From the NCBI GenBank assembly GCA_964304625.1, contig OZ199838.1, positions 17,099,322 through 17,144,716 of the forward strand: a DNA stretch of 45,395 nt. The letters run 5' to 3'. Both the position numbers and the translations under genes were made by a program. The stretch's first letter is position 1. Every line of letters starts with the position of its first letter. This stretch comes from Kudoa neothunni. Lineage: Eukaryota > Animalia > Cnidaria. Below, one piece after another: positions 39,201 through 45,395 of this stretch. The notes beneath the pieces are model-generated. The model was not told the origin of the DNA. It made no database searches and saw only the letters and a program-made list of their open reading frames with translations.

Positions 39201-40148
39201 AAAAAGGAAAAGCTTGAATATTTCGTGGGATCTTACGAGACTCAATACAAAATAACGAATGATTTCATAAAGAATATAAAAAGACAAAATATGGACTAAT
39301 AGTAAATCAAGAGACGGATACATTAGAAAAAGAAAAGTCAGAAACTTTAGAAAAGTACAATGAGTACGATCTAGTCCATAAAGCACTTGTAGCTAAGGCC
39401 GGACGGTTTACGTACCGATATGAAAAATAATTTTCAAGTTAAATATAATCAAATGAAAGCTCAAGAACAAAATCTGATCAATACCTTTGAAGAGATTATG
39501 AAAAAGTTTCGGACTACATTTCCAAAGCAACTTTGCATTATGATGGCGAAAAGAAAATTCTTTATGACGAATATTCCAAAAAAATACCTGAAGCCAACGA
39601 CTTCATAAAACAAGTCGAAGAATTATTAAACAAAATTGGTTTCGGAACTAAAGAGCATGAGTTTGATGCTCTGCAAAATGAATACACCAAACTAATTCAC
39701 AGAAATCGATAGTTTCCTCGATAGAAAATAAAATTATATTCAAATTAAAGAATTTAACGGTATAATCGAAGAAGTCATTCCAACAGAAGCTGAATTATTT
39801 AGAAATGATCTTGAAGAGGCTATAATGATGTTAGAAATTTTTCTAATGATTTAGACAACATTTCATCATCAACTAAAACAACTGGAACTTCCATAGAAAT
39901 GGAAAATATGGTCAATGTTCCTGGGAACCCCTAAACGAAGAGAGTGAATTAACGGAATCATCTAATTTCGCCGCAGCCATAGGAGAGGTCTAAAAATATA
40001 TCAATCACAAGATTATTTCAAGACTATTATGGCAATTTCTGCGGTGCCTTGGTTTGCTATGGCAATCGCTGGTGCTGTAATGCGATACAAAAGCATTAAA
40101 AAGAATGAAATTTACAATAAATGTGAAAACATCTATGTTAAAGCATGA
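36262..40148 (+). pseudogene. Large coiled-coil type-I membrane protein pseudogene
   Basis: Chain of same-strand K/E/N/Q/L-rich ORF fragments over 3.9 kb broken by many stops and frameshifts. Signal-peptide-like start with a short intron; C-terminus IMAISAVPWFAMAIAGAVMRYKSIKKNEIYNKCENIYVKA*. Confidence 0.72.
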
Positions 40149-42056
40149 CAGTAATACGAATATGTTTTACACGGAACTAAGTTATTTAGATTATTCGTAT
40201 TTATTTCTATAGTAGTATTAATTTGTTCCGTTAAAACATGTGTTTCAATGCCTGTAATGATATTTTCAAAAAAAATTTCGGTTTCATAATTGTAAATAAT
40301 ATTTCTAAAACTAATTATTGTTTATTCAAAATTATTATTTATGAATTATTGGGATAGTAATTGGTGTAGCTGATATTAAAGTGTTAAGTAATGACCACTT
40401 CAACGACACGTATTTAATATAACTAATTTTATAATAAATTCTTAAATGTATTTATGTTTATATTAAAAATTAAATGTACCTTTGACCTGGTAGTTTTATA
40501 CGGTAAATTCTAAGATTTATAATTACATTAAAGCCTCGTTATAGTTATATATATTGAGAAATTTTTATTACTACGTATTACAAATTATTATTTAATGTAT
40601 TATTCATATTCATGAGGTAATAATTTCTTAGAGGAGTTCACTTTTAATGTGATTTTATTTTCGAATATAAATTACGTCAATTAATTCGTTCGAAGATAGA
40701 TCAAGAAGCATACCGATTCGAACTTGTAATAGTAAACACCTTTTCAACGATGAATATTAAAGGTAGAGCTTTTTAATATGCTGCAGGAAAATACCATTAT
40801 TTAAAAAAATCTTGTCTATTTTAATTTTATTTCTTTTTATGGATTTTATTAATAGATTTTTTTGGGAATTTTTTCCAACCCACGACACCATCAGTTACAT
40901 TATTTAAGTATCATTAGAAAACGGATATAAAATAAATATTCTGGTAAATATCAATTGCTTTAGGAAGTAATTTTAATAACTAACTTCACTTTGCCTTTCC
41001 GTACGTTTTATAAATATTTGCAATTTTTGAAATATATTATAATTATTGATATTTTATTTCCCTCTCAAATCATGCCAATGTATTTAAATAGTTTAATTTA
41101 CAGACTTGAACTTATACCGATTTATTTTATCCAAAAGAAACTGTTCGCTAAAAACCCTTTTTCAATTCGTTTTCAATATTTTCATCACACCAAAGTAACA
41201 TCCTTTGATTCGACAAAATTAAGATTTGCTTGTACCGATAAAAAATAATTAAATTTATTAAGAAAAATCTTCAGTTGAATGAATAATTTCCACTCCTTTC
41301 GTTTCGGATGTCTGGTATACGTGCCATCAACTTTTCTTTAAATCTAAAATTTACATAAGCAAAATTTCCTAAAGTGATGAACATAAGTACAATATATTAA
41401 ATTAGTCGCCTTTTAATAAAAGATTTCATTATTATTAATTGTTATGATCCAAAAGAACATTGACATTATTAACCAACATTATCACACCCACGTAGCTGAG
41501 CGTGCTGATTCCCTTCACTATTAATTAGTTATCGTTACTCTAACTAATACGACTGGATAAATTTCAATTTACTACTACGGTCACTATCACTTCAGATTCA
41601 ATTATAGCATTAGCTATTGCGCTGGATTTCTATTATTGCGCGACATTAACATTATCGCACATAATATTCACTAAATTAGGCATATAAAGTTGAAGCCACC
41701 ATATCATTGTTGCATTCAAAAGAATTTTATCATAACATCTAGGGTTTCCATGATTGACCAAATTATTAAGTCGCCATAATACGAAAAATTAATTTCAATG
41801 AATCGAGATATTTATAAACAAATCAGACACATGATTTTTGGGATAACACAATGTGTAACCCTCCCGGGGAGCATACTGGGTCATTCGAGATCCCATTTAT
41901 CTTAAATCTGTGTTTATACCTATAAAAACTGTAACTTCTATCTTATTTATTTCTTGTAATCTCCTATAATTATGTCATTTTGTTTATATTAACTTTTGTA
42001 AAAAAGAGACGGCATATATTCTGAGAAAAAATGCGTTCAACGTGCTGTTGTTTTAT

Positions 42057-42270
42057 TAACCCTCTAATAACATTGGGATGTGTTACACCCCATATCGACG
42101 TTAATCTGACCATAACTTCCTACACTCCACATCAAATAATCCGAACTTCTGGCTATTCTAATAATTTATAAGTTACATAAGTTGTAGAAAGCTCAAAAAT
42201 GTTACGAAATTAAGCTTACAAGAAAAAACTTACCTCTAACGACATTGGGGTGTATTTCACATCAGATATT
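42057..42270 (+). mobile_element. Probable piggyBac-type left-end fragment
   Basis: TTAA-CCCTCTAA start with an internal repeat of cctctaa..acattggg.tgt..t.cac; no matching right end found. Confidence 0.4.
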
Positions 42271-42416
42271 TTGATATATTCAGTTTAAATATTATTATAA
42301 AACGCTTGGTAAAATTATATTATATTCTAATGAGAGATTTTAGAGGAAAATCTTACCATTAACATAGACTAATCCCTAATAATCTTATTCGGGCGGCATT
42401 ATCATTGCACCGTATA

Positions 42417-43638
42417 TCGTTTATATATATAAAAGAGGACTGTCGGTATGTTTGTTTGTGTGTGTGTGTGTATGCCCCTAAGTACGCATGTGCGGATAAT
42501 TTTTTCCTTATAGAGAGCCATATAGAAAATTTTTATAAATTTGCGATATTTACAAAAATCGTTTAATTGTTGTCGGACTACGAAAGTTTCCAAAAAGTAT
42601 TTATGAAATAGTGATTTTGTCGATTTAAAGTTTGCTTTTCGGATTAATGAGTTCAACGATAGGATTAGCACTTGCTTATTTCATGGTTATGGTCGGTTGA
42701 AGTTAACTATCTCCCTTATATGCTCCATCATATGTTCATTAACTGCTTCTATCTATCCTTATATATATATATATATATATATATAAGGTTGGCGTTTCTA
42801 TTTGGGTGTCCTGTTTAATCACACACTCCTTATTTGCGGAGTTTTAACGTATATGACTTGATAAGTATATTTTATAAGTTCTACAAATGGTTTTCAATGT
42901 GGTAAAAAATCTATATATTTTCATAAATAACGAATTCGTGGGAGAACGTTAAAGTTACGTTGATTGAAGCGTTATAATGGAAATACTGCGTTCATAGGTT
43001 TCATTAAATTGTCCGCTAAGTTTTACTTTATGTGATTAAATCCAATGCGGATGGTTGTACTTTTGTTTCATCAAATTACTTAAATTGTTTATGTTGAAAT
43101 CGACGCAATTTGTAGTTGTTTACGATAAAAGCGCATGTATGTTTATGCCGAGCTAAACGATGCTAATTTTAGCAATATCGATTAATTTTCATAAGTTTTT
43201 CTTCTATCTCTTTTATTTTTTCTATTTTTTTATCTCTTAAAAAGTTAGTGGTGCACCCAGTATCGAGCCAGGCCAGAATTCGACTTTTAAAAATCCTCCA
43301 GGCCAAAAAATAACGTTTAGATAACACTTTATCGGGATTTAAATAATTCGGAATGAAAAAAAATACAACGTTGACCTTAACTTGTTTAGCGTTGATGTCG
43401 AGCCACGAAATTTTTAAATAGACGCAGGGAAATAGACGCAGGGATTGATACTTTCCTTCACAGAAATTATCATAATTTAAATTTCATAATCCAAATCGTT
43501 ATAGCAAGTTGCTTAAAAATTTTTTAGTTATTTTGTTTCTATGGGTTAGTTCGAGATTTCAATATATTTTTTGAATGCTATTAAAAAATGCCTCTAGGCG
43601 GAATCTTCCCCAAGCAACGCTGTGGCAGTTCGAGCTAG
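42417..43638 (+). mobile_element. Non-autonomous Helitron copy B (1222 bp, uninterrupted)
   Basis: A|TCGTTTATATATATAAAAGAGG..(GT)n start; 3' ccccaagcaacgctgtggcagttcgagCTAG|T; near-identical to the reverse complement of copy A. Confidence 0.9.
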
Positions 43639-43686
43639 TTTACGTTATTTACATGGTTCCTCATGCTTCTCACTTAAGTTTAGTGG

Positions 43687-44190
43687 GCCTGGACAATATG
43701 ACATAATTGTGTTAGGCCGAAATCGCATACCTCGAGGTTGCGAGTTCGTGGCCTAGTCCAGGCGTTCCTGTACTCCTAATCCAAAATTAAGTAGAAAGGC
43801 TGTAGTAATCGCAAGTAACTACGATTTATCGTTCACTTGCTTGCAGTTGGGAGAGGAGCTTGGCGGAAAGGTAGAACTCAGGCGCTCGTACACGCCGGAG
43901 TATATGAAAGATACACTACCCCTGTAGGAGGTTTCCGTAGAGCCGAAGCCCACATTCAGACGACTTTCCCCAGACTAATTCTGGGTAATCCATGGCATGA
44001 TTGGGGGTGGTGGTTGCTCCGAAACGAGGATGTTTAGTGGGTTGAAATCCCACACTAACCGCATAAATATAAGTCGCCTTAATACGACGCTGCGGTACCT
44101 GAAGCATAAACGGAGATGGCCTAACCGGTTATCCCAGATAGTGTCTCCTACCACAACATTGGTGCATGCGTGGAGAATTAAAGGATTATT
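43687..44190 (+). mobile_element. tRNA-headed SINE-like element, copy 2
   Basis: tRNA-like head closed by an 8-bp stem GCCTGGAC/GTCCAGGC (43687-43763) with B-box-like gcgagttcgtggcc; GC-rich structured body homologous to copy 1. Confidence 0.75.
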
Positions 44191-44287
44191 TTTATTTCTT
44201 TCATTTTGCGCGTTGTGCTGCGAACAATAAAACAAAAATCACCAATACCAAAACAATATATTTATTTCATATTTAATTAATCATTAA

Positions 44288-45395
44288 CCCTTAAAGGACA
44301 ACCCTGGGCTCCACGAGCCCACCCACATGATACATCGTCAATTATTTAGGTTATAGACCAATTTTTTTATCGGTTCAAAATTTCACGTAAATTCATAAAA
44401 ATTAATTATCTATCAATTGGTATTATTTATGGGAAAAATTTTTTTGATGGTTTTAAGACCTTTTTTTATCTTTCGGGATATATATTAAGCCCATGTTAGG
44501 TTTATACATAACAAAATTTGATCCCAAATTTACACCAAACAGTTATAATGGAAGATTCCCGTTTATTTACTGACATATCATCTGACACTGAAAGTATATC
44601 TTCAAACTCAAACGAGCTAAAAAATTTCTTCGAGGATGGTAACGAATTAAACGAAAGTTTACTACATGATTTTGACGGTTGGTTTATCGAAAAAATAAAA
44701 AAATCTTAATTTCATTATTCATAGATTCATCTAAGGGACAACTAAACGTATTCAATCAAGATTCTTCTTCACAAATTGTTTCACATGACTGTAACACTCG
44801 AGATTCCCTTAATAATTATTTGTCGAAGGATACATCTATTATTTGGACTTCTCGGCCCACTCCTGGACGAAGTTCCTGTCATAATATAATAGACCATAGT
44901 ATTGTACAAGGGAAGCCAATTGATTCTTTCGATTCGACGACGCCACTTAATTACTTCAATCATTTCATAACTAAACAAATGATGGAAGAAATCATGTTGT
45001 ACACAAATCACAAAGGGCATCGATGAGATGGGAGATAAATGGAAACATCTCGATCTGATTGAACTAAAAGGTTTTTTAGGATTATTGTTGTTAGCTGGTG
45101 CCCACAAATCCAATTTGGAAAGTACGAAAATTTTATGGGATGAAATTCATGGGAGGCCCTTATTTCGCGCAACGATGAGTCGGGATAGATTCAAAAAAAT
45201 CCTACGTGTATTGCGTTTTGATGAGTACTGGACCAGAAAACAACAATCCAAGCCCGCAAGATAAATTTTCACCGATAAAAAAAAACATTCGATGAATTTA
45301 CTGACATCTGTAGAACTAGCTATATCCTAGGTCCCTAATTTTAACTGTTGATGAACAGCTGTATCCTTTTCGGGGGCGAGTTTCATTTTTAGTGT
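44288..45395 (+). mobile_element. piggyBac transposon (runs off the window end)
   Basis: TTAA|CCCTTAAAGGAC left end followed by piggyBac transposase sequence. Confidence 0.85.
44548..45395 (+). pseudogene. piggyBac (PGBD4-like) transposase, 5' part, disrupted
   Basis: PLNYFNHFIT..YTN, ELKGFLGLLLLAG, LFRATMSRDRFKKILRVLRFD, TVDEQLYPFRGR; probable intron 44639-44724; in-frame stops. Confidence 0.88.

Noticed and set aside
29381-40148. Alternative genetic code explaining the in-frame stops
   Set aside because: Stops of all three types co-occur with frameshifts, while the intact gene at 3580-5837 has no internal stops and ends in TAA; ordinary pseudogenisation fits better.
43687-43763. Functional tRNA genes here, at 26842 and in the TRIM LTRs
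   Set aside because: D and anticodon arms are degenerate, and each is embedded in a longer repeated unit, so they are tRNA-derived mobile-element parts.
43837-44235. Short ORFs on both strands
   Set aside because: By-products of the GC-rich SINE-like body; not conserved in copy 1.
1-45395. CRISPR array, operon or other prokaryotic system
   Set aside because: No regularly spaced repeat-spacer array and no operon-like ORFs; spliceosomal introns and eukaryotic transposons throughout.

Overview
Strongly AT-rich eukaryotic DNA with very short (35-51 nt) GT-AG introns, consistent with a compact-genome animal, possibly a parasite (inference). Host content is sparse: one intact 9-exon gene for a 641-aa signal-peptide/Fn3-like/C-terminal-anchor surface protein (3580-5837, -), a decayed tandem paralog, and a ~3.9-kb pseudogene of a large coiled-coil membrane protein. 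The rest is a stack of nested transposons: MULE inside MULE, three hAT elements (one with a 9-bp TSD, one inserted in another), two piggyBacs, a Tc1/IS630-like element with DD32E spacing, three copies of a non-autonomous Helitron, a hAT-type MITE, a solo LTR and two highly structured tRNA-headed SINE-like elements. The most unusual object is a 513-bp miniature LTR retroelement (TRIM, 33539-34051) whose LTRs contain a tRNA-like Pol III cassette. It has a PBS and PPT, hammerhead-core-like motifs on the opposite strand of its internal region, and a diverged relative near position 650.
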